NCBI GenBank assembly: GCA_963666985.2
Contig: CAXXIA010000001.1
Location: 512,001 to 576,000, forward strand
Source: Spirochaetia bacterium
GTDB lineage: Bacteria > Spirochaetota > Spirochaetia > DSM-2461
Length of the DNA: 64,000 nt
Direction of reading: 5' to 3'
Of this stretch, positions 49,057-58,366 are shown piece by piece; positions within the stretch are counted from its first letter, which is position 1; each line of letters begins with the position of its first letter. Made by a program: the position numbers and the translations under genes. The notes beneath the pieces are model-generated. The model searched no databases and had not been told where the DNA came from. It saw only the letters and a list, made by a program, of their open reading frames with translations.

Positions 49057-50283
49057 ATGAAAGTAGCCGTTGTAGTCGGGGATTTTCCAAAATTATCAGA
49101 AACTTTTATATTATATGAAATTATTGAATTGATAAAGATGGGAGTTGATATTCAAATATTAGCATTAAGTGAAGCAAATGAAGATATTTACCACAAAGAA
49201 GTAGATGAATTCAATTTGAGAAATAGAACAATATATTTATCCAGGAATAGAAAGGGAAAGAAAATAGCAAAATATTTTGTATTAATAATTAACTTTATTA
49301 AGTGCCTTCTTATGAATCCGCGAATGTTTTATAGAATTGTTTTATATAAAAAGCATATTTTAAGGAATATTAATTGGTTTGCAAGTTTGAATTGTAGAGA
49401 TGAAAAATATGATATAATTTATTGCCATTTTGGATATAATGCATTGAAGATTCTTCCTCTTGTTAAATTAGAAATCTTGCATGGTAATTTATTCGTGGTT
49501 TTTCATGGTGTCGATATTTCAAAACATATAAAAATCTATGGTGAGAGTTTATATAAAGAGCTATTCGGTTCAGTTTCAGGATTATTGCCTATAAGTAATT
49601 TATGGTTGAGTAGGCTAATTGAACTTGGTGCTGATATAGATAAAACAAGAGTACATAGAATGGGCATTCCTTTGGACGAAACCCAGTACAGAATCCCGAA
49701 GAAAACGGGGCAGATTAATTCCATTTCCCTATGTCGCTTGGTAGAAAAGAAGGGGATTGAGATTGCAATAAGAGCTTTGTATAGACTCAAAAATGAAATA
49801 AATTTTAAATATAGAATTATTGGCGATGGAATCCTAAAAGATCAGATCCAAAGAATGATAGATGATTTAGAACTAAATGATAGTATTTCTCTTGAAGGTT
49901 CTCTACGTCATAATGCCGTCTATGAACTTATGAACGCAAGTGATATTCTATTGGCACCTAGCCATGAAGCCCTTGATGGTGATAAAGAGGGAATCCCAGT
50001 GACAATAATGGAATCTATGGGAATAGGACTTGTTGTTGTTTCTACCACTCATAGCGGGATACCAGAATTAGTGGATGATGGGGAAACAGGTTTCCTAGCA
50101 ATTGAGAAAAATGTGCAATCTTTTGAAATGAAAATTAAAGAAGCAGTTAATTCTGATTGGGATCTAATCACAAAAAAAGCAAGACGTAAAATTGAAGAGG
50201 AGTATACTGTTAAGGGAAATGTAAATGAACTAGTCCAACTGTTCCACGAAACAAATGGAAAGAAATCGGATTTATTGCTTTAG
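49057..50283 (+). CDS. GT4 glycosyltransferase (WcaL/AmsK-like)
   Basis: FPKLSETFI, CHFG, FHGVD, HRMGI, RLVEKKG and DGDKEGIPVTIMESM motifs. Confidence 0.92.
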   Translation: MKVAVVVGDFPKLSETFILYEIIELIKMGVDIQILALSEANEDIYHKEVDEFNLRNRTIYLSRNRKGKKIAKYFVLIINFIKCLLMNPRMFYRIVLYKKHILRNINWFASLNCRDEKYDIIYCHFGYNALKILPLVKLEILHGNLFVVFHGVDISKHIKIYGESLYKELFGSVSGLLPISNLWLSRLIELGADIDKTRVHRMGIPLDETQYRIPKKTGQINSISLCRLVEKKGIEIAIRALYRLKNEINFKYRIIGDGILKDQIQRMIDDLELNDSISLEGSLRHNAVYELMNASDILLAPSHEALDGDKEGIPVTIMESMGIGLVVVSTTHSGIPELVDDGETGFLAIEKNVQSFEMKIKEAVNSDWDLITKKARRKIEEEYTVKGNVNELVQLFHETNGKKSDLLL

Positions 50284-50361
50284 TAGCCATTTCTATCTGT
50301 ATGGAAAAATATGTAATTCATTTTTCGGTGCTCATTCAATTAATCTATGAATTGAAATCAT

Positions 50362-51231
50362 TCAGGAACGATCTATAAAGGAATTGGAATTAGTGTATGG
50401 GGCTATATGTATTTCTTGATTGTACTTTTTTTTATAATAACCTATTATATTTTTCCAATATATGTCATTTCTAGTTTTAAAAAGGCCAAAATATCCCAAT
50501 GTTTTTTTTATTTTTTCAAGTATTTTTAATAGCAATTGTCTGCTTGAAGCTTTCTTTTTTACATTTATTTCATATAATTTATTGCTATCTTCAAGATAGT
50601 AATTTGATATTCCATTCTCATAATCAATATACACATTAATTTTGTTAATTAAAGAATTTATCCTAAACCACAAATCATCGGCAGTTGGTGCCAAATGGAG
50701 GAAATTTTCATCAATTAGTGACTCCTGGAAAAACTTCTTTTTGTAAAGTATACCGCCGCATCCAATTGGGAGTAATTGACTTGAAATACATGATCGATCA
50801 ATTCTATTCCAGTGCAGATAATTTTGATAAGAATTTAAAAAATTTTTCTTTATTACTCTTGCTTTCGTACAAATAATGCAATCAGGATGTTGTTCGCTTG
50901 ATTCAACCAGATTCTTTACGAAATATTGATTATATATAACATCATCATCAATTGTTATTAACATATCATTCTCTTCAAGATCGCTAATTGCAGGAATTAA
51001 TTTTCTGTACGGTCCTGTGTTTTTAACCCAATTAATCTTCAGCGACTTATCTAAGCCTTGTAACTCCTCAATTTCCTCTTCGTTTATTCCTTTATCAAGC
51101 AAATAAGGTTCATGGGAAATGTTCAGAATAATTCTATCAGGCCTATGTTTTTGGTGTAGAATAGAAAGGATTGTGTAATAGGTTATTTCAATTCTTTGTG
51201 ATATAGTTGTTAAACTTACAATGACACTCAT
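50362..51231 (-). CDS. GT-A fold glycosyltransferase-like protein (paralogue of 25094-25924)
   Basis: SLTTISQR, NTGPYRKLIP, ITIDDDVIY, GCGGILY and DDLWF motifs. Confidence 0.8.
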   Translation of the reverse strand: MSVIVSLTTISQRIEITYYTILSILHQKHRPDRIILNISHEPYLLDKGINEEEIEELQGLDKSLKINWVKNTGPYRKLIPAISDLEENDMLITIDDDVIYNQYFVKNLVESSEQHPDCIICTKARVIKKNFLNSYQNYLHWNRIDRSCISSQLLPIGCGGILYKKKFFQESLIDENFLHLAPTADDLWFRINSLINKINVYIDYENGISNYYLEDSNKLYEINVKKKASSRQLLLKILEKIKKTLGYFGLFKTRNDIYWKNIIGYYKKKYNQEIHIAPYTNSNSFIDRS

Positions 51232-51513
51232 TGTTGAATATTAAAATGAAATTGATGATATAATCAATATTTTTTACTAAAGTGACGTTTTTATAGCAAT
51301 TTTAGAATATATTCAGATGCATAAAACATCTTTGGATATGGTATTGTCCCGAATAATCCGGGATTTAATTCGGATGACTTGGGGGATGTGGAAACGACAT
51401 AAAAGGCTGGACGGCAGGCTATGGTCTTTGCATTCATTTTCACCTGGAAGCATGTACATTTTGTATGATACGGAGTCAGAAAGTATAATCACTCTAAAAG
51501 GAATGAGAACAAG

Positions 51514-52635
51514 ATGGAGAAAATAAGCAGCAAAGAACACAGAAGAATCATCTATTACCATCCGGTTCTACTGCGGGAGAATGCGACAACCGCCAGCGGT
51601 ATTCGTCCCCTTAAGATGCTAAATGCGTTCCGAAAAGCCGGATATACCGTGGATTTGGTTGTCGGCTACTCCCTCGACAGAAAGCGGGCCTTTGCAAAGA
51701 TCCGAAGAAACGTCCGACAGGGTGTTCGTTATATGTTTGTTTATGGGGAATCTTCGACGATGCCTTCGGAATTGACAGATCCTAAGCACTTGCCCCTACG
51801 GCCATTAGTGGACTATCGATTTTTAAGTTTTTGCCGGCGGCATAATATTCCCGTGGGGATTTTTTACAGAGATATCTACTGGCGTTTTAAGGAGTATAAG
51901 AGCAAAGTTTCCTGGTTTAAAAGGCATATGGCATTACTCTTTTATCGATTTGATCTTATACAATATCGATTGTTTATTAAAACCTTATTCCTGCCCTCCG
52001 TGAAAATGGCTGATTTAATACCGGGAACCCTTCGTGGCGGTTTTTGCCAGCCTCTTCCACCGGCTCATAATGAACCGGTCCTTAGGGAAAAATCCTTTTC
52101 GGAATCACTGGATTTGTTCTATGTCGGCGGAGTGGGTAATTATTATAGGCTTCATAAACTTATAGAAGTTATCAGGGAAGAGACGGAATGTAACCTCTCC
52201 ATTTGTACCCGAGAGAAGGAGTGGGCGGATGCAAAACATGAATTCGGGGATGGTACTTTACCGCCGAACATAAAAATTATCCATACATTCGGCAGTGGTT
52301 TGGAACCGTTTTTTCGTCGGAGCAGATTAGCTGTTCTGTTTATTGAGCCGGTTCCCTATTGGACTATCACCGTTCCCTATAAACTTTTCGAATATCTGGG
52401 CTGGGGACTGCCAGTAATAGGATCCAGGGGGACTTTGGCGGGGGATATTATTGAGGATTTGGACATAGGGTGGTGTATAGAGTATTCCGAAGAAGCACTT
52501 CGGAATTTAATACGGGAACTCCTGGAGCATCCGGAAAGAATTGATGCCAAACGGGCCAACATTTTGGCCATTCGCCGGAATCATACCTGGTCAGCAAGGG
52601 TGTCGGAAGTTGAGAAAGCTTTGTCAGCAAGGTGA
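51514..52635 (+). CDS. GT-B (GT4-like) glycosyltransferase
   Basis: SGIRP, FYRDIYW, YVGG, PYKLFEYLGWGLPVI and HTWSAR motifs. Upstream promoter TTGTAT-N17-TATAAT. Confidence 0.88.
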   Translation: MEKISSKEHRRIIYYHPVLLRENATTASGIRPLKMLNAFRKAGYTVDLVVGYSLDRKRAFAKIRRNVRQGVRYMFVYGESSTMPSELTDPKHLPLRPLVDYRFLSFCRRHNIPVGIFYRDIYWRFKEYKSKVSWFKRHMALLFYRFDLIQYRLFIKTLFLPSVKMADLIPGTLRGGFCQPLPPAHNEPVLREKSFSESLDLFYVGGVGNYYRLHKLIEVIREETECNLSICTREKEWADAKHEFGDGTLPPNIKIIHTFGSGLEPFFRRSRLAVLFIEPVPYWTITVPYKLFEYLGWGLPVIGSRGTLAGDIIEDLDIGWCIEYSEEALRNLIRELLEHPERIDAKRANILAIRRNHTWSARVSEVEKALSAR

Positions 52636-52641
52636 AATATT

Positions 52642-53715
52642 TTGAAGATTGCCGTTTTATCCGCCGCATCGGCTGTTCATACACTTCGCTGGGTGCATGG
52701 TCTTGCCTCGATGGGGCATCAGGTTACATTGATCAGCTGTCATAAACCTTCCGAAACTCTGAATCCCGAAATCCGTTTCGAGAAACTTCCGGTTCCCGCT
52801 CCGTGGGGGTATTATCTCAATAGTGCCTCACTCAAGAAAATCCTTGGGAATTTGGAACCGGATATTCTTAATGCCCATTATGCCTCCGGGTATGGCACGC
52901 TCGCTCGGCTATCCGGTTTTTCGCCGAAACTTCTTTCCGTATGGGGAAGCGACGTTTATGATTTTCCCCGAAAATCCCGACTTCATCGTTCTCTTATAAT
53001 AAAGAATCTTCAGGCGGCAGACGCAATAGCCTCAACAAGCCATTGTATGCTTGATGTAACGAATAATTTATACCAACACAAGCGAACATATATAACGCCT
53101 TTCGGTATTGATACGGAATCCTTTTCACCTAAGCTTCCGGCCGCAAGAGATAAAATCATTATTGGAACGGTGAAAACACTGGCGTATAAGTACGGTATCG
53201 ATACTTTGCTTGAGGCTTTTTATATTCTGTTGGAGCGTACGAAAGACAATCAATTGTATCTTGAAATTACCGGAGACGGGCCAGACCGGATGAAATTGGA
53301 ACAGCAGGCAAAGCAATTGGGGATTGCCGACCGGGTTTGTTTTTACGGCCGGGTAAACCATGCTGATGTTCCGGAGAAGCTTCGGCGATTGGATATCTAT
53401 GCAGCTCTGAGCCGTTTGGACTCAGAGAGTTTCGGGGTTGCGATTTTGGAGGCTTCCGCATGCGCTCTACCGGTGGTTGTTTCTGATGTGGACGGTTTGA
53501 AGGAAGTCGTTCGGCATATGGAAACGGGAATTATTGTTCGCAAGGAATCGGCGGAAGAGGCGGCCGGAGCGCTTGAAACACTGATTAACGACAGAGAGCT
53601 CGGAAAAAGAATGGGTTTGAGCGGACGTGACAATGTTGAAGAAAATTATGCTTGGAAATCATCTCTTGAGAAAATGATAAACGCATATGGTGAGATTTCC
53701 GGAGTAAATCGGTAA
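52642..53715 (+). CDS. GT4 glycosyltransferase
   Basis: HTLRW, HYASGYG, SVWGSDV, KYGIDTL and SESFGVAILEASACALPVV motifs. Confidence 0.93.
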   Translation: MKIAVLSAASAVHTLRWVHGLASMGHQVTLISCHKPSETLNPEIRFEKLPVPAPWGYYLNSASLKKILGNLEPDILNAHYASGYGTLARLSGFSPKLLSVWGSDVYDFPRKSRLHRSLIIKNLQAADAIASTSHCMLDVTNNLYQHKRTYITPFGIDTESFSPKLPAARDKIIIGTVKTLAYKYGIDTLLEAFYILLERTKDNQLYLEITGDGPDRMKLEQQAKQLGIADRVCFYGRVNHADVPEKLRRLDIYAALSRLDSESFGVAILEASACALPVVVSDVDGLKEVVRHMETGIIVRKESAEEAAGALETLINDRELGKRMGLSGRDNVEENYAWKSSLEKMINAYGEISGVNR

Positions 53716-54158
53716 GATTGACTGGCGGCTGCCGGGTTATGAAGTATGTTCCTTCATCGCTTATACACTCTGCGAACAACCCCAAACGCGATTTCTTTTC
53801 CAGGAAAATTAGAGACCGTGAAAAGAAAGTCTATGATTATAAAACGGTGTTTTGTGAAGTTTGCCAGAACATTGATCGATATGCAGTCCATAATATCTCC
53901 AGCTTTTTCGTGCCAACACTGCAGATTTGGGATAGAAGTATGTTTACCATACAAATTGTTTAACAGGGGTTCTTCCGCATTATGTCCATAATCACTGGAT
54001 TTATTTTTTTTGATGGTTTAACGGTATTTATTAAGAAGGGTTGCGCTGAAAAACAATCAGAGTGACGACAGGAAGGTTTTTATCTTGAGACTGTTTCTTC
54101 GTCTGTTAACTTTAGGAAAGAAGCAGAAGACCTACAAGCCCCAAGATACGTATTTGCT

Positions 54159-55019
54159 TCATTCTTTATATTTCCATAATCTCATCGGTTCGGCGAATGT
54201 TTGATCCAACTCGGGAGGGTTGAACGGATTAACTCCGTTCCCCGGATGGAAAGTCATCTCTCCGAAAAGAATACGTTCGTCCGGATTATAGAGATCGACT
54301 CTGACAAAGGGGAATCCTTTGGAGAGCGTTGAAGCAATTTTCAACATTTCTTGATACTTTTTCGGAGGTTGAATCATTGTTTCATTAACGGGAAAATGAA
54401 GAGAACCCCAGAAAAAATTCCAATCGATCGTATAAAGACTTTCGGAAACCGATTTTTTTACACGGTCAAAAATTACCCGAACAAACTTCGGCTCTCCATT
54501 ATAGCAGTAGAATCGATAATCCTTGAGGGAATCCATTTCTTCAATGTATTTTTCTGCGATAATACGGCGAGGAATAGCCTTGTACTGCCATTCTCCGCTT
54601 TTTGAGCTGAAATCCATTTCCAGCCAGGAAGCTAATGTTTTACGAACAGCGGTTATATCTAATTTAGTTTTATCAGCGCAGACGATGATTTGTCCTGAAC
54701 CATGATTGGCCTTGAGGACGAATTGATTGGGAAGAGAATCAAAGGCAACCTCATCAGCCGATTTATAGACTCCGTAGAGATCGTTAAGATATCCGTTGCC
54801 GAGCTTATGTGTTATATATTCTCTGACACGATATTTATCGGCACAAACAACCATTAAAGGATTCCTGTAATTCAGTTTGAGCCATTGAATCTGCTGATTG
54901 AACCCTTTGGGGTGCCGCCAGTTCATCCTGCGTCCGAAACGGGAACGATAGTAGAGTGCGTAGACCAATCGTTTCGGTAAAGCAGATACTGCAAATCTAA
55001 AGAAGCGCGATCTTTTCAT
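54159..55019 (-). CDS. TupA-like ATP-grasp amidoligase
   Basis: FNQQIQWLKL, ADKYRVREY, FVLKANHGSG, DYRFYCYNG, FVRVDLY and FGEMTFHPG motifs. Confidence 0.92.
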   Translation of the reverse strand: MKRSRFFRFAVSALPKRLVYALYYRSRFGRRMNWRHPKGFNQQIQWLKLNYRNPLMVVCADKYRVREYITHKLGNGYLNDLYGVYKSADEVAFDSLPNQFVLKANHGSGQIIVCADKTKLDITAVRKTLASWLEMDFSSKSGEWQYKAIPRRIIAEKYIEEMDSLKDYRFYCYNGEPKFVRVIFDRVKKSVSESLYTIDWNFFWGSLHFPVNETMIQPPKKYQEMLKIASTLSKGFPFVRVDLYNPDERILFGEMTFHPGNGVNPFNPPELDQTFAEPMRLWKYKE

Positions 55020-55230
55020 AGCTAGGATTATTGCGATAGAGCCTAGAACTGTAAAGCACCGGTAATCCTTCGAATAAAAGGTATTCAAACTGAGTATCAA
55101 AGAGAGTGTAACTATAGTGAAATAAGAAAATAGTTCCGAAGAAAATTCGAGGACGATTTACCTTCCACCTAACGAACGATAGAATCAAACTATATGTTTA
55201 CGGGAAGAAAATAGGAAGTAGGAGCTGTGC

Positions 55231-56106
55231 ATGGGTGCAAAGCGTTTTCGATGGAATCGAACCCGTCTGTTTTGGGCTATATATCGAATGACTCCAGATC
55301 CTTGGATCTACAGCATTATGTATTTCAAGCGATTTCATCGGTTTATCAACTGGAGAAATCCTCAAGGATTTAATCAAAAGATCAACTATTTGAAGCGTTA
55401 TTATCGAAATCCTCTTCAAACCGTCTGTGCCGATAAATATGGCGTGCGTGAATATGTTCGCGAGAAAATTGGGGAAGAACATTTAAACGGAATTTATGGA
55501 ATATACAACACGGCCGAAGAGATTAATTTTGATGAACTTCCAAAGGAGTTTGTCTTAAAAGCAACTCATGGGAATCGGATGAACATTATCTGCGACAATA
55601 AAGACGATCTGGATATCGCATGGGCGCGAAAAACTTTGAACGGCTGGCTGAAGCAGAATTTCTATTATCATTCCAAGGAGTGGCAATATAAGAATATTCC
55701 ACCGAGGATTCTCGCGGAGCCCTTGCTTCGCGAGATGGATTCACTGAAGGATTATAGATTCTACTGTTTTAACGGCGTCCCTCAATTTATAAGAGTAATC
55801 TATGATAGAGCAACGAAAAAGCCGAAAGAAAAACTTTATAAAAAGAATTGGGAACCAATAAAAGGATCATGGCATTTCCCTGAAAAGCAAAGTGAATTAA
55901 CAAAACCAGATAAATTGCAAGAAATGATATATATCGCTGAAGCTCTTTCCGGTGAATTCCCATTCGTTCGTGTAGATCTCTACAATCCCGGTGAGCGGAT
56001 TCTTGTAGGGGAGTTGACGTTCCATCCCGGTAATGGATTTCTCATCGGTAAACCTAATACTTTGGACGAAGAATTCGGAAAATTATTGAAGGTAAGAAAA
56101 TACTAG
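55231..56106 (+). CDS. TupA-like ATP-grasp amidoligase (divergent paralogue)
   Basis: FNQKINYLK, ADKYGVREY, FVLKATHG, DYRFYCFNG, FVRVDLY and VGELTFHPG motifs. Confidence 0.92.
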   Translation: MGAKRFRWNRTRLFWAIYRMTPDPWIYSIMYFKRFHRFINWRNPQGFNQKINYLKRYYRNPLQTVCADKYGVREYVREKIGEEHLNGIYGIYNTAEEINFDELPKEFVLKATHGNRMNIICDNKDDLDIAWARKTLNGWLKQNFYYHSKEWQYKNIPPRILAEPLLREMDSLKDYRFYCFNGVPQFIRVIYDRATKKPKEKLYKKNWEPIKGSWHFPEKQSELTKPDKLQEMIYIAEALSGEFPFVRVDLYNPGERILVGELTFHPGNGFLIGKPNTLDEEFGKLLKVRKY

Positions 56107-56197
56107 AAAATTGTAAAAATTGAATAAAGCTTCTATAAAGAGAACCTTGGAAGATATCCATCTTGTGTGATAATCGAATTTTATTCATGGTTGTATT

Positions 56198-57346
56198 ATG
56201 AAAATTGATAGGAAAAGCAAGAGTCGCATACTTATTTTCAGTGCTCAATATCAGGGCCGGTATGGAGCTACTGCAAGTATGATTAATCTTGTAAAAACTC
56301 TTTCGACTTCTCATGAATGTATTATCGTAACAACCGCTTTTGGCAATCTTACGGAAACAATAGAAAAAGAAGGCTTGAACTATAGGGTTATCCAACTTGG
56401 GAATCATGCAAACGTTCTTGGACGACAAGCGAGGAATTACAATAGTTTTAAAAAAAATCTTATGGCACTTCAACTGGTAAAATTTCAAATACATTTTATG
56501 CTTTATGCAATAAAGAATAAATTTGATTTTATATATTCGAATAACCAAGGAAGTTTCTTCAAAATATTTCCAGTAATAAAGATATTAAAAGCACAAAGTG
56601 TAACTTATATACGAAGTGTTGCAGAGAACGATTTTATAACACGTCTGTGTATAAAGCATTGTGATCAAATTATTACCATTGCAGATGGATTATTGGATAA
56701 TCTCCCGAAGATTTTTCTTGAGCCTTTTTTATCGAAGATTAAAACAATTCACACAGGATTTGATTTTAAATCATTTGAGGATGGAGAAGAAATCTCGGAA
56801 GTTAATTCCAACCTAATCCGGATTGGATATGTTGCTTCAATCTCTCAAAGGAAAGGCCTGGATTTTCTAGTTTCTCTTTTCATAGAAAGTGAAAAATTAT
56901 CCCAAAATGCTTGTTTGGTAATTTGCGGACAGCCCATTAAAGATTCCGAAGAATATTTCAAAAAATGCTGTAATAGACTAGATTCAGCAGGTGTTACCTA
57001 TATATATCTTGGTTACCGTAAAGATATTCATAATGTTTATAAATCTCTTGATTTAATGGCTTTACCATCATTAGCGGAAGGATTGCCGCGAGCTGTTATA
57101 GAAGCAATGGCGCATGGTATTCCTGTTCTGGCAAACAATGTGGGAGGGGTAAAGCAAATAATTAAAAATGAAGAAAATGGTTTTATTTTGGAACCGGGCG
57201 ATTCATCCTCTTGGACGAAAGCTGTTAACTTAATGATTTCAGATAGCAAAAAGCGATTGGAAATGGGGAAAAAGGCCAAGGAATTTGTTACTGAGAATTT
57301 CTCAAAGGAAAAATTTGAAATAGAGCTGAGAAAAGTATTTGGTTGA
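56198..57346 (+). CDS. GT4 glycosyltransferase
   Basis: RKGLD, LGYRKDI, LPSLAEGLPRAVIEAMAHGIPV and ENGF motifs. Confidence 0.92.
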   Translation: MKIDRKSKSRILIFSAQYQGRYGATASMINLVKTLSTSHECIIVTTAFGNLTETIEKEGLNYRVIQLGNHANVLGRQARNYNSFKKNLMALQLVKFQIHFMLYAIKNKFDFIYSNNQGSFFKIFPVIKILKAQSVTYIRSVAENDFITRLCIKHCDQIITIADGLLDNLPKIFLEPFLSKIKTIHTGFDFKSFEDGEEISEVNSNLIRIGYVASISQRKGLDFLVSLFIESEKLSQNACLVICGQPIKDSEEYFKKCCNRLDSAGVTYIYLGYRKDIHNVYKSLDLMALPSLAEGLPRAVIEAMAHGIPVLANNVGGVKQIIKNEENGFILEPGDSSSWTKAVNLMISDSKKRLEMGKKAKEFVTENFSKEKFEIELRKVFG

Positions 57347-57373
57347 TAAAACGGCTTATAAATTACTTAAGCG

Positions 57374-58366
57374 TTATTTTAATGGAATTTCAAACTGAGA
57401 CGACGGCAACTGTATTTTTCTTATCAGTCCCAGCATTCGCAGGATACGGATATCCTTTTCATTGATATAGTGTGTTTTCTTATATGCTTCTTTGAATTCT
57501 TCTTCAGATGCTTCTCTTTCCATCAATTCCATAATGTATTTTGTGATTTTTTGCAGATTTTTTTTAGCACCGGGTCTATCTCCATTAGCAATTTTGAATT
57601 TATAACGATCAAACCAGAGCTGAAAACCGCAGCTATCGAAATGAAGAAGAAAAATACGTCGACTTCTAAACTCTATTAAATGTTTTTTTCGAACAGCGGG
57701 AGTGTGAATCCGCATATTGATTATATCCAAGTCCGTTCTAACAAAACATTTTGATTTGTAATGAGCGCGAAAGTACCTGTCGTTAAGAGTGAAGGGCGAT
57801 TTGACTCCTAGGAGAACGGCTAAACGGAGAAGAATTGAATTCACCGGATAGCGTAGACCTGATTTATGAAATGCGGCGGGAGATTTATAGAATCGAATTT
57901 CATGAAAGAAATTTTCGTATTCGAGTTCTTCCGGAACAGCTTCCAGTATCGTCATTCTCAGGATTTCTACCGGTGAACGACGAAGCATTAACTTAATATC
58001 TCTTGTACCGGGATAGATTAATTCGTCGACATCAACATGGGCAATCCAAGAAATATCCATTTCTCTGGCCCAGTTAAGGGCATTGGTCGCATTCAGACCC
58101 TGTCTGTAGATAACATATTGATAATCAAATTGCTCAAAGTAACCGTTAATATATTTTCGAAAATATTCAGGTGTACACCGTGTCGCCGTGACTTTTGAAT
58201 TTTTTTCGACGATTTCAACCGCAGGGTCTTCCGGATCATCAAAAAAAAGGAATATATGATTCGCTCCAAGATTGAGATAATAATTCACGAAGGCTACAGT
58301 TTGTTTGACTGTGCATTTAAGAGTTGTCGCTATCGCCCAAGTAAGATTTCTTCTTGATGATTTCAT
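57374..58366 (-). CDS. GT2-like glycosyltransferase (Glyco_tranf_2_4/GT92-like)
   Basis: YYLNLGANHIFLFFDDPEDP, RQGLNA, WIAHVDVDEL, KCFVR and LLHFDSC motifs. Confidence 0.82.
   Translation of the reverse strand: MKSSRRNLTWAIATTLKCTVKQTVAFVNYYLNLGANHIFLFFDDPEDPAVEIVEKNSKVTATRCTPEYFRKYINGYFEQFDYQYVIYRQGLNATNALNWAREMDISWIAHVDVDELIYPGTRDIKLMLRRSPVEILRMTILEAVPEELEYENFFHEIRFYKSPAAFHKSGLRYPVNSILLRLAVLLGVKSPFTLNDRYFRAHYKSKCFVRTDLDIINMRIHTPAVRKKHLIEFRSRRIFLLHFDSCGFQLWFDRYKFKIANGDRPGAKKNLQKITKYIMELMEREASEEEFKEAYKKTHYINEKDIRILRMLGLIRKIQLPSSQFEIPLK

Noticed and set aside
53716..54158. Possible pseudogene between the GT4 and TupA genes
   Set aside because: There are several short ORFs on both strands, none with a convincing motif.
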